64,000 nt of DNA from Nitrospirota bacterium (GTDB lineage: Bacteria; Nitrospirota; UBA9217). Below the pieces are notes generated by a model that made no database searches, had not been told where the DNA came from, and saw nothing but the letters and a program-made list of their open reading frames with translations. Positions 8,904 through 17,786 of this stretch are shown in pieces; position 1 is the first letter of the stretch; every line of letters starts with the position of its first letter. The stretch is taken from positions 119,873-183,872 of the forward strand of contig JAOUEV010000002.1 of NCBI GenBank assembly GCA_029858565.1, in the 5' to 3' direction. The translations under genes were made by a program, and so were the position numbers.

Positions 8904-9840
8904 CAGCCTTCCTCAGGTCTGAGATGAATTCGACGGCATGGGTGCCGGAGACGGTCAGAAGGTCGCAGGTGAGCTTTCCGCGCAGGAGCGGGAGGAGCAT
9001 CCCGCGCTCCTCTGCCGAGACGCTGTCAGCCTGGAGATTGACGATCACCGGCTCTTTCAGTCCGGGGAAGTCCTGGAAGCGCATGATCCTGACCGAGATC
9101 CCTTCCGCAATGGTCATCCTGAAGCTTCCGCCTGAAGATTCCACGGTCTTGCTGTTCCCGAGCACTGAGGCGACCGTCTCCCACGCAGTGTCCGAAATGA
9201 GGTGATAGACCTTGCGGACCATGCCCGACCGGACGGCCTGGTGCACGTAGTTCCCGGCTACGATGTGGTACTCCGGCCGTTTTGGACAGTGGTCCGGGTA
9301 GGAGTGTTCGAGGATGAGCCTGTTGAGCCGCGCGTAGTCGTCAGCGCTGTTGCGTGGTATCGGGACCGAGAACGAGTCTGTCAGGGCCAGGTAGCCGGCA
9401 AGGCTCGTGATCTGCCCGGATGGATCGGGAAGCCCTTTTCTCAGGAACAGGGGATAAAGGCTGAATCGCCTCAGGACGTCAGTGTTCAAGCCCTTGATCG
9501 TACAGGAGAAGGTGTCCTGTACGCTTCCCTGCAGGTCCGTCCTGAGCGCATCGCAGAGCCGGTTCAGGCTTGCCGTATCTCTGAATTCAGTGTCCTGGAA
9601 CTCATCGGTCCTGTCCTCGATGTCAGCATTCAGATGCCTGTCTATGAGCACGAGCGTCCTGCCGTGCATCCCCTGCTCGCGCCAGACAGCAAAAGCATCT
9701 TGGGGAACGTTCACCTGCCTGACCAGCGGGGAGGGCAGGATCGTCCGGTGCGATGCGCCGTATTGCTGCAGGAACAGCAGGACACTGATGCAGAACAGGA
9801 GCGATATTGCTATGACCGCGATCTTCGATTCCTTGCTCAT
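8890..9840 (-). CDS. Membrane-anchored protein with UPF0489/arginase-deacetylase-like domain (copy 1)
   Basis: N-terminal TM; W..QG..GRTLVLIDRH, GNYVHQAVRSGMVRKVYHLI, EPVIVNL shared with 21356-22063 and 23675-25117. Confidence 0.6.
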   Translation of the reverse strand: MSKESKIAVIAISLLFCISVLLFLQQYGASHRTILPSPLVRQVNVPQDAFAVWREQGMHGRTLVLIDRHLNADIEDRTDEFQDTEFRDTASLNRLCDALRTDLQGSVQDTFSCTIKGLNTDVLRRFSLYPLFLRKGLPDPSGQITSLAGYLALTDSFSVPIPRNSADDYARLNRLILEHSYPDHCPKRPEYHIVAGNYVHQAVRSGMVRKVYHLISDTAWETVASVLGNSKTVESSGGSFRMTIAEGISVRIMRFQDFPGLKEPVIVNLQADSVSAEERGMLLPLLRGKLTCDLLTVSGTHAVEFISDLRKADGTF

Positions 9841-11252
9841 CTTGATGTCCCGAGTGAGACCGCTGCCCTTGCGTACGCGGCCAGCTCGTTCATGGACCGC
9901 ACCTTGGAGAGCCGATTGAGGATATATCCGGGCCGCAGGTAGTACTTCCTGACGGCCTTGTGATGGAGACCGTCAATCTCCTGCCTGGTCAGAGTGTGGC
10001 CTTTGACGACCGCGGAACCGTAAGCATATTCGAACAGGCAGCTGTCAGCCGGGTCCTTGGTTCCGAACAGTCCGTTCTCGACCGCGTACCGGAAGAATGC
10101 CGTGCCCGGGAAGGGCGTGGCAACGAAGAAGTTGGCGAAGTCGGTCCTCAGGTCACGGGCCAGTCGCATGGTCTGCTCCGCGGTCCCGGTCGTCTCCCAG
10201 GGGAGGCCGGTCATGTAGTAGGCAAAGGAAGCGATGCCCGTGCCGCGGATGAGCCGCACGGAATCCCTGATCTGCTCCACGGAAACCTTCTTGCCGATCT
10301 TGTCGAGGATCTCCTGGCTGCCGCTCTCGATGCCGAGGCTGATGAGCGAGCAGCCCGCCTCCTTCATGAGCGTGAGCGTTCCCTGGTTGATGTTGTCCGC
10401 CCGCATGTTCGAGGCCCAGGTGAACCGCAGGCCCGATGCACGGATTGCCTGGCAAAGCCGCCTCACCCACCCGTCGTCGAAGTTGAAGACATCGGACCAG
10501 AAGATGAAGTCCTCGATTCCGTAGGTCCGCAAGCAGTGCCGGACCTCGTCGAGGATGTTCTCCGGGCTACGCATCCTGACCTTGCGGCCCGAGACCGGCG
10601 TTGCCAGGCAGAAAAAACAGTTGTACGGGCAGCCGCGGGAGCACTTGATGATGCCCTGGGGCCTGCCCTTGTCCGGCCGGACATAGCGACGGTTATCGAT
10701 GAGGTGGCGTGCAGGGAACGCCAGGGCATCGAGATCGCTCTGGAACGGCGCATCATCGTTCCGGAGGACCTCTTCGCCCCGTCTCCAGGTTATGCCGTGA
10801 ACCGTTTCCAGGGACTCCCCGGAGACGATCCTTTTGATCAGCGGCTCGGGCTCACTGCGCAGCAGAATGTCCACCTCGGGATGGGCCCGCAGGACCTCAC
10901 GGTCAAAGACCAGGAAATGAGCTCCCTTGGCGATGATCGTCAGGCCCGGCAGGGCCTTTTTCGCCTCCCTGCATACGGTCAGGTCGGCCAGGAGCGTTGG
11001 TGTCGTCGTGCTCAAAACCAGAAGGTCCGGCTTATATTCACGCAGGATAGCTGTAAATGCGGCCATATCAAGTCTGCTTGCCGGACAGTCCAGGACCTGG
11101 CACTCAGCCCCGGCAGCCTCTGCGGACGCCGCCATGTACAGGAGGTCTGTGGGCGGAAGGGTCGGCGCGATCGGAACTTTACCGGTCGGGACCTGGCATC
11201 TGTCCTCGCGGTTAATTAGCCCGGTAGGCGGATATGCAAAGAGAACCTTCAT
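9837..11252 (-). CDS. Cobalamin-binding radical SAM enzyme
   Basis: N-terminal B12-binding-type domain; SRGCPYNCFFC; GIESGSQEILDKIGK; ATPFPGT. Confidence 0.9.
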   Translation of the reverse strand: MKVLFAYPPTGLINREDRCQVPTGKVPIAPTLPPTDLLYMAASAEAAGAECQVLDCPASRLDMAAFTAILREYKPDLLVLSTTTPTLLADLTVCREAKKALPGLTIIAKGAHFLVFDREVLRAHPEVDILLRSEPEPLIKRIVSGESLETVHGITWRRGEEVLRNDDAPFQSDLDALAFPARHLIDNRRYVRPDKGRPQGIIKCSRGCPYNCFFCLATPVSGRKVRMRSPENILDEVRHCLRTYGIEDFIFWSDVFNFDDGWVRRLCQAIRASGLRFTWASNMRADNINQGTLTLMKEAGCSLISLGIESGSQEILDKIGKKVSVEQIRDSVRLIRGTGIASFAYYMTGLPWETTGTAEQTMRLARDLRTDFANFFVATPFPGTAFFRYAVENGLFGTKDPADSCLFEYAYGSAVVKGHTLTRQEIDGLHHKAVRKYYLRPGYILNRLSKVRSMNELAAYARAAVSLGTSR

Positions 11253-11255
11253 AGC

Positions 11256-12674
11256 TCAATCCTGGATCGGAAGGCGGCCCACGATACGAGACCGTTCCCG
11301 CATGGTCTCCGCGTCTATGTTGCCGGCCAAATAGTCAGCGACGAGGAAACCTTTGCCGATAGCATTGTGTGCGTTGTTGTAATCGCTTGAGGCCTCTCTT
11401 CCACAGAGGACTATGCCGGAATTTTCAAAGAAAGCCTCGATCCTGTCCTGGGCCTGATATCGCTCATGGTTCAGCACGGGATATGCACCCGGGCAGCGAA
11501 CGTTGAACGCCCGGAGGATATCGTTCCTGCCGAACCATCCGAGCTCGAGGACAGCCTCGGTAAGCACCTGGTCGAACTGCTCATTTGACATAGTATCATA
11601 ACGGCTGCCGTGATCGCAAATAACATCGCACAGGATGATCGCCTGCCCATCAGGGCAGAGTTCGGGTGAGAACTGGTCGAATGAAGATAGTCTGTTGAAA
11701 ATGATATGTTCTTCCGGGAATATGATCACCCTCGCCGGGAGCTGGAAATTCCTGACCGCAAGGATGCCGAGCCGCATGGTTCTGGACGGGAAAGCTTCGG
11801 CGAGCGGCATGATGGGCGAGGCAAGCGGGGCGGCAAGGTATCCGATCAATGTCCTGTTGGATATCGTGCTGACCATACGATCGGCGACCAGGTGGTGCTC
11901 GCGGCCGTTCTTTTCGTAGGAAATGTGGAAGGGGCCTTTGATCGTCTCTGCCTCGATCCGCCTGATGTTCGCGGTGAGCTCGATCACCTGCCCCTGTGAC
12001 CGGACGAATTCTGCCATCGCATCGGGGATGCGGCCGAATCCCTGCCTTGGGTAATAGAACATGCTGACGCCGGGAAGCGACCGACCCCTCAAAAATCGCT
12101 TCAGCATTGTGCCAATCGTCGGAAGTTCGAAGCGGATCCGGGCAAAATCCTCATGCAGGTCTTTTGTTCCCCAGACCTTCCTGATCATCGGAAAGGCGAC
12201 CATTTCGCTGAAAGGCCTGCCGAAGGAATGCAGGATGATGTCCTCAAAGGTAGTGTTATCAGTCCGGCGGGAGCTGAGCATTCTGAGAACGGCCTGTGAG
12301 CGGGCACGCAGCCAGCCTGCGGCGAAGACCGTGGTAAATTTCAGGCTTGATGCACTGCACATGTTCCGGAGTTTCGGGGGATAGGAGTATACGGTCCCGT
12401 TAAAGTAGACCCCGTGCTCATTCTCCAGTTCGAGGAGGTCAATTCCCGGCAGTCCGCGGATCTTCTCCACGATGCCCGGGAGCTGCGGTGAGAGGCGATG
12501 CGGGCCGATATCGAATCGGAGACCGTCGTGCTCCAGTGTTCGTGAAAGCCCTCCGACTGCCGGCGCTGCCTCAAGCAGGGTCACCTCGAGGTTCTTGCGC
12601 CCGCATAGGCCCCAGGCAACGGAGAGGCCGGAGCATCCAGCACCAATGATAACGATCCGTGTCTTGTGCATCAT
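11256..12674 (-). CDS. FAD-dependent oxidoreductase (protoporphyrinogen oxidase / UDP-galactopyranose mutase-like)
   Basis: IIGAGCSGL dinucleotide fold, LEA...VGGLSRT, FDIGPH, C-terminal AYP and CGR. Confidence 0.8.
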   Translation of the reverse strand: MMHKTRIVIIGAGCSGLSVAWGLCGRKNLEVTLLEAAPAVGGLSRTLEHDGLRFDIGPHRLSPQLPGIVEKIRGLPGIDLLELENEHGVYFNGTVYSYPPKLRNMCSASSLKFTTVFAAGWLRARSQAVLRMLSSRRTDNTTFEDIILHSFGRPFSEMVAFPMIRKVWGTKDLHEDFARIRFELPTIGTMLKRFLRGRSLPGVSMFYYPRQGFGRIPDAMAEFVRSQGQVIELTANIRRIEAETIKGPFHISYEKNGREHHLVADRMVSTISNRTLIGYLAAPLASPIMPLAEAFPSRTMRLGILAVRNFQLPARVIIFPEEHIIFNRLSSFDQFSPELCPDGQAIILCDVICDHGSRYDTMSNEQFDQVLTEAVLELGWFGRNDILRAFNVRCPGAYPVLNHERYQAQDRIEAFFENSGIVLCGREASSDYNNAHNAIGKGFLVADYLAGNIDAETMRERSRIVGRLPIQD

Positions 12675-14086
12675 GATCTTCCGCCGAGCAGCATCTTGAC
12701 TCCCATGCCGATCTTGCGGCCTAGCTGGCCGAACCGGAGATGGGTGATATCGCTCCAGGCTTCCTTGGCCACAAAGGAGGGGGCGAGATAGAACTCCCGC
12801 ATCAGGCCGTCCCGGATGTCCGTGAAGGCCCTGTCCAACGCATCGCCCCGCCAGGATGGCAGCCGGAAATCCTTGACCGGGTGCAGCACGAATTCCTGCC
12901 AGTGGTCCCGGTCATAGACGCCGCTCTTCACGAGCTCGAAATAGAAGTCTGAGAAGGGGACCGGCAGGAGCGTGTTCATCAGGATGAAGTCCGGCTTGAT
13001 GAGCTTGATAAAATCGCGAGTTGTCCAGGCCTCCTCGGGGGTCTGGTTCGGGAACCCGATGATGAAATAGGCCAGGGACTCCAGCTTGTGGCGGTGCAGG
13101 ATCTCGAAACCGCGGAGGATATCGTCGACCGTGGTTCCCTTGTTGATGTACTGCAGGATCCTCGGGTCATGGCTTTCGACCCCTGCCGTGAGCCGGAAAC
13201 AGCCGGCCTCCTTCATGGCCGCTGCCATCTCGTCGTCAAAGGGCTTCAAACGGGCCCTCGTGGACCAGCGGAACTTCAGGCCGCGCTGAAGGATCTTGGA
13301 GCAGATCTCGTTGACCCGCGATTTGCTGATGTTGAAGGTGTAGTCCAGGATGTGGATCTCGTCGAATCCCAGCGACAGGATCTCCTCGATCTCGTCCACG
13401 ATCCGGTCGGCGCTCTTCGTCGCGTAATACCGGGGCACGTTGCAGAAAGTGCAGCGGAACGAGCAGCCCCGCGACGCGGTCATGGTGGTCATGACATGCC
13501 GGTCCGAGAGGGAGACGTATTTCCTGATGTCGAGCCGCTTCCGGTCCGGGAAGGGGAAATCATCCATGTTCTTGAGGGGATTTGTCCGGGTGGATCTCAC
13601 CGAGCCGTCCGGCCCCCGGTAGTGCAGATTATCCACGGCGGAGATATCGCCGGTCCTTCCCGATGCGTACCACTCCACGAAGCGCGGGAAGGTCTGCTCC
13701 GCGGGGCCGGTCAGCATGAAGTCGAAGACCGGGTGCGTCATCGTTTCGGAAGGATAGAGGTCGGTATGGGTGCCGCCCACGATGATACCGGTCTCCGGCA
13801 GGAACTGCTTCACGTCGGCGGCGAGCCTGACGACCCCGTAGAACCGCTCCGTGACCGCCGAGATGCCGAGCAGGTCGGGCTTTTCCCGGAGGATGTTCTC
13901 GAGCAGGGTCTGGTAGGGCGTATCGTGGGCATCGTAGAGGATGACCTCGTGCTCGGGACCGATGTTCCGGACGATGGAGAGCAGGCCGAGGGGCGGATAC
14001 TTGATGAAATCGTCAAGTACATACTGGGGATTGTAATTGAGCACCGATTCCCCTTCTCGGGGGCTGATGGTGAGGATGATCTTCAT
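12671..14086 (-). CDS. Cobalamin-binding radical SAM enzyme
   Basis: YPPLGLL, VGGTH, SRGCSFRCTFC, GVES; start 14086 overlaps the upstream stop (ATGA). Confidence 0.9.
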   Translation of the reverse strand: MKIILTISPREGESVLNYNPQYVLDDFIKYPPLGLLSIVRNIGPEHEVILYDAHDTPYQTLLENILREKPDLLGISAVTERFYGVVRLAADVKQFLPETGIIVGGTHTDLYPSETMTHPVFDFMLTGPAEQTFPRFVEWYASGRTGDISAVDNLHYRGPDGSVRSTRTNPLKNMDDFPFPDRKRLDIRKYVSLSDRHVMTTMTASRGCSFRCTFCNVPRYYATKSADRIVDEIEEILSLGFDEIHILDYTFNISKSRVNEICSKILQRGLKFRWSTRARLKPFDDEMAAAMKEAGCFRLTAGVESHDPRILQYINKGTTVDDILRGFEILHRHKLESLAYFIIGFPNQTPEEAWTTRDFIKLIKPDFILMNTLLPVPFSDFYFELVKSGVYDRDHWQEFVLHPVKDFRLPSWRGDALDRAFTDIRDGLMREFYLAPSFVAKEAWSDITHLRFGQLGRKIGMGVKMLLGGRS

Positions 14087-15300
14087 CGTGCTCTGCCTGA
14101 TATTCCGGAAACGGTCCGTCGGATGATCCTGTCCCAATCGATGCGCGACAGGAGGTCCTCGGCGATGAGCTTGTTCCCCCGATCGCCAAGATGGCAGCGG
14201 TCATAGAACAGCTCGGGGCGTGCGTCGAACAGCCGTGAATGGTCGATGAAGGTGAATTCCTCCTGTTCCGAGAGGCCGCCGGCCCCGTGCGCCAGTGATG
14301 CGTACAGAGGGGACACCTTCGACCGCTCTTGCTCCCGGACAGGCTGCAGCACATAAGCGTAAGGGATCTCGCGGGCCTTCAAGTAGGAACTGACGATTCG
14401 GATATTTTTCAGTGCCTTTCGGGGGTAGTCGGAGGCCTGAAAATTCTCGCCGGCCTTTGTCATGATAAGATCGAACATGTCGCGGCCGTGATTGAACAGC
14501 TCGTATTCCTCGATCGCGTAGAGAAAATATTCGCCGTCAACGTCATATTGATTGAGCAGGTCGGTTTTTCTCAGGTGGACCTGGAACAGGTCGTTGTGGC
14601 CGGAATAGGAGATGATCATGTCGGGTTCGTACTCGGTGATGCGATTGAAGATCCATGTCCGCTCCTGGGTCGAGGTCCATCCGCCGGCTGCCGCGGTTAT
14701 GACCTTGATGTCCGCGCCCTCGTACCGTTCGCGAAGCGCCTGCTGAAGATATCCTGCGATGGTATGGTCCGTATCGGTAGCAAAGGCCCCCCATGCGGTC
14801 GAACCGCCGGTCAAAAAGACGCGAACTTCGTTCTCCTTCTTCCTGCCGAGATCGTCCGGATAGCGGAACTGCTGGTAGTTGTGGAATACCAGACCGTTGA
14901 TATCACCTGCTGCCGGCGCGTAGGTCGTGAAGGGATCGGGCACCATCGTGGTGTGCACCACCACCGGTCTGGTCGGTTTCTCAAAATAGAGGGCCGCAGG
15001 CAGTTCTTCAGGGAATCGTACGACCATGAGCGGATGATTGGTCTTTTCGGGCAGGGGATTCTCCTCATAGATATGGATCTTCCGCGTTCCGCTGGAGTAA
15101 TAGAGCGGTTTGTCCTTCCCGAGTTCGAAGAGGCGGGCAGCGATCCTGTCGGAGACGGCGCGTACCCGGACGAACAACAGGCCGTGATGTCCCCGCAGGA
15201 TATAGCTGGGGTATACGGAAAAGATAAAGATGCCTGTGAGCAGGGTGACGGGGACCCAGAGGGCAGCGACCAGAGCGTATTTGATGAATTTCCTGCGCAT
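14083..15300 (-). CDS. Membrane-anchored SGNH/GDSL hydrolase or acyltransferase
   Basis: N-terminal TM; GGSTAWG, YSGHND, DRCH catalytic blocks. Confidence 0.8.
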   Translation of the reverse strand: MRRKFIKYALVAALWVPVTLLTGIFIFSVYPSYILRGHHGLLFVRVRAVSDRIAARLFELGKDKPLYYSSGTRKIHIYEENPLPEKTNHPLMVVRFPEELPAALYFEKPTRPVVVHTTMVPDPFTTYAPAAGDINGLVFHNYQQFRYPDDLGRKKENEVRVFLTGGSTAWGAFATDTDHTIAGYLQQALRERYEGADIKVITAAAGGWTSTQERTWIFNRITEYEPDMIISYSGHNDLFQVHLRKTDLLNQYDVDGEYFLYAIEEYELFNHGRDMFDLIMTKAGENFQASDYPRKALKNIRIVSSYLKAREIPYAYVLQPVREQERSKVSPLYASLAHGAGGLSEQEEFTFIDHSRLFDARPELFYDRCHLGDRGNKLIAEDLLSRIDWDRIIRRTVSGISGRAR

Positions 15301-15323
15301 GAATATCCTTGGACAATCGAACC

Positions 15324-15332
15324 ATTATAACA
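15324..15332 (-). promoter_or_regulatory. Extended -10 promoter element for the 15300-7665 operon
   Basis: TGTTATAAT on the minus strand just upstream of ATG 15300. Confidence 0.45.
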
Positions 15333-15510
15333 CGCTGAGACGCTTTCGGAAAAGGATAGAAAGGCCGTCCCCGCGAGGAAGCTTGAGACGAGGAAATTAG
15401 CCTTGACGGACACCGTTCATGAACGGTACAATCAACCACGCCTGCGCGCCCGGACGTTCCTGCGCCGGAGCAGAGGCGACCTGCCGGGACAGAAGGGCAC
15501 CAGGAACGGA

Positions 15511-16110
15511 ATGGAAGACCAGGAACGGACAGCAGGGATCCACGGTGACGAGCGCGCTGGAGCACAGGCTGTTCTCCCTGCCGTGCTGGGGCTGCTGCTT
15601 GCTCTTATCGTCTCCTTCGGCGCTCATGGCGGATATGAACATTTCCGTTTCTATGCCCACGGGTATCTGCGGCAGCAAGAGACAGCAAATGTTGAGGCCA
15701 CCATCAAGCTTTTCAGCAGCTCTGTTGCGGGTTTCTACGCCACAGGATATACCGTCGGTCTCAAACAGTTCCCTGCCGACAACATGGTCAAACGACGGAT
15801 CTTCCAGGACATCAGGAACTGGGAGGAGTCAGGCAAGTTCTTTGTCATGGACCGGGACCGGATCGCGGTGAGGAACGTGGAGTTCCTCGCGCCGGACATG
15901 GCGGTGGCGCTGGTCGATGAGACCTGGTTCAGCGTATTTCAGAACCGGTCGACCCGCAGGCCGATCTCGGAAAAACAGGCGAACATCCTCACGGTCCGCT
16001 ATTACCTGAAGAAGAAGTGGGGCCGGTGGATCATTTTCGAATACGAGGTTTTCCCGCAGGGGAAGCCGCTCCCGCCTGTCCCTGTTGACATGGTGCTGAA
16101 ATGGGAATAG
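15511..16110 (+). CDS. Hypothetical membrane-anchored protein, possibly NTF2-like fold
   Basis: One TM, then ...ALVDETWF...TVRYYLKKKWGRWII (NTF2-like ending); overlaps the next gene; start uncertain. Confidence 0.55.
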   Translation: MEDQERTAGIHGDERAGAQAVLPAVLGLLLALIVSFGAHGGYEHFRFYAHGYLRQQETANVEATIKLFSSSVAGFYATGYTVGLKQFPADNMVKRRIFQDIRNWEESGKFFVMDRDRIAVRNVEFLAPDMAVALVDETWFSVFQNRSTRRPISEKQANILTVRYYLKKKWGRWIIFEYEVFPQGKPLPPVPVDMVLKWE

Positions 16111-17144
16111 ACTTCGGCACATACCGACGGCCCTCACGCGTGTTTGTGCTCATCACGACGGTATCCTACCTCGCGGGTTATGTCCTGCTGCGGTACTCAG
16201 GGCTCTTTTCGCTCCCTCCGGAAAATATCTTCCGGGCGCTCCATGCCTGGCCCGCGCTGCTCGGCGCCGGGATGCTCGTCCTGGTCGGGGCTGCGGGGTT
16301 GGCGGCGCTGCGGTCGAGAGCCGGGGAGGACCCTATCCGGCTCTCCGGCAATCTCGCGGCAGGGGCAGGCTGGCTGGGACTCCTGTTGATCGGTGCCGGC
16401 ATCGTGACCAGCAGCTTTACGAGGTTCGAGGGCAGCGTCACGCTTCACGAGTCTCAGGAAGCGGCGCTCGCGGCCACGGTCTATGATGCGGGAACGCTCT
16501 ACCGGCGCAGGTTCTCGCGGGAGCCGAACGGCGGCATCCTGATGGAAGCTGTTGCACCCTTCCCGCAGGCAGGCGGACCGGTAGTACGGGGATTTTCAGC
16601 GGAAGCCCGCCTTCGGAAAGACCCGGCCTCTCCGCCACGTGCTCTCAAGATCGGCTCCCTGTTCCCGGCCATGGCGGACGGCTTCCTGTTCCGGATTGCG
16701 GAGGCGGGGTATTCCCCCCACCTGTTCCTTTTCGATCTGAGCGGGAACAGCCTCCTGGATATCTACGCCATCATGCGGCTGTACCCGCCGGGAGCGGAAG
16801 ACTCGTTTCGCTTCGACAAGATCATTCCGCATACGTTCTACCTGAGGTACTATCCTGATGTGTCGCTCCTGTCCTCCGCAACGGGGACCGTCGGGATCAG
16901 GTCCGGGCCTGCCTACGAGGTGCGGATCGTGCGCAATCTCGACCTGCTCGCTGACCGGTACGCAGCACCGGACGAGCTCATCCGTTTCGATTCCCTGTTC
17001 CTGTCCGTGGGTGACAGCAGGCGATGGGTGAGGATTACGATCGTCAGGGATCCCGGGATGGTCCTGCTGCTCGCAGGTCTTGTCCTGACCATCCTCCGGG
17101 CGATCAGTCTTGGGATCAGGAGGACGGAAACCATCCGCTATTGA
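16101..17144 (+). CDS. ResB-like cytochrome c biogenesis paralog
   Basis: Aligns with 25110-26591: TRFEGSVTLHE/TRFSGNLLLTE, GAEDSF..P.T..LRYYPD/GEEDSF..P.T..VRFYPD, WVRITIVRDPG/WVDLLVVREYG. Confidence 0.7.
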   Translation: MGIDFGTYRRPSRVFVLITTVSYLAGYVLLRYSGLFSLPPENIFRALHAWPALLGAGMLVLVGAAGLAALRSRAGEDPIRLSGNLAAGAGWLGLLLIGAGIVTSSFTRFEGSVTLHESQEAALAATVYDAGTLYRRRFSREPNGGILMEAVAPFPQAGGPVVRGFSAEARLRKDPASPPRALKIGSLFPAMADGFLFRIAEAGYSPHLFLFDLSGNSLLDIYAIMRLYPPGAEDSFRFDKIIPHTFYLRYYPDVSLLSSATGTVGIRSGPAYEVRIVRNLDLLADRYAAPDELIRFDSLFLSVGDSRRWVRITIVRDPGMVLLLAGLVLTILRAISLGIRRTETIRY

Positions 17145-17191
17145 CGACGCGGAAAAGGGAAGGGAGCGGCTGTCCAGGGTAGTCCGAAAAG

Positions 17192-17227
17192 AAAAGCGCC
17201 TCCGGTCCTTCCTGGAGGCGCTTTTTT
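17192..17227. terminator. Bidirectional Rho-independent terminator between convergent genes
   Basis: AAAAGCGCCTCC-N10-GGAGGCGCTTTT with A and T tails on both sides. Confidence 0.85.
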
Positions 17228-17242
17228 CGTATGGAGCCGGTC

Positions 17243-17668
17243 TCAGGGCTTGACGAGGAACCACAGGCCATCCATCCCATGGCCCTTTCTGTCTCCCGGC
17301 TTCTTGTCCCCGGCGAAATTATAGAGCGGCATGCCCTTATAGGCCAGATGATCCTGGTCGTTGTCGGTGCGGTGGAAGGATACGAAATCCGACTGCTTGA
17401 GCCCCCTGGACAGGGATATCTCCTCGGCCGTATAGCAGTAGACCGGCCAGGTTTGCGTGCAGGAACCCGTGCATTCGCTTTTTCCGGGTCCGTCCTTCTT
17501 GTAATAATACAGCGCCCGGCCGTTGGAGTTCGTCAGGTACTTCCCCAGCTTCTTGTCGACCGCGATCTTGACCAGTTCCTTTTGCTCCTGCGCGGCAGCG
17601 ATGCCTGCCATTGGCCCTGCAAGAAACAGAACTGCCACGATCGCCCCCACCACAGCTTGTTTGCTCAT
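17243..17668 (-). CDS. Secreted protein with Yx(F/W/Y)xxD repeats (COG4315 / Lipoprotein_15)
   Basis: Signal peptide; GRALYYYKKD...C.G.C...WP and YKGMPLYNFAGD..PGD..G.G..G.W. Confidence 0.85.
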   Translation of the reverse strand: MSKQAVVGAIVAVLFLAGPMAGIAAAQEQKELVKIAVDKKLGKYLTNSNGRALYYYKKDGPGKSECTGSCTQTWPVYCYTAEEISLSRGLKQSDFVSFHRTDNDQDHLAYKGMPLYNFAGDKKPGDRKGHGMDGLWFLVKP

Positions 17669-17716
17669 ACGTGCCCCCTCATGTGCTCTCTGAAAGATCG
17701 TCCATCGTACGGAATA

Positions 17717-17745
17717 AGCATATCATACTGTTTCTAAACTGTCAA
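17717..17745 (-). promoter_or_regulatory. Putative sigma70 promoter for 17668
   Basis: TTGACA-17 nt-TATGCT with TG extension on the minus strand. Confidence 0.55.
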
Positions 17746-17786
17746 AACCACGGTCCTGACGCGGTCCTGAACGGGCATGGCGGTTT

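Noticed and set aside
9837-14086. B12 radical SAM genes as bchE or hpnJ/hpnP, and the FAD enzyme as hemY
   Set aside because: No chlorophyll, hopanoid or heme-synthesis context; only superfamily-level motifs, so no gene symbols were assigned
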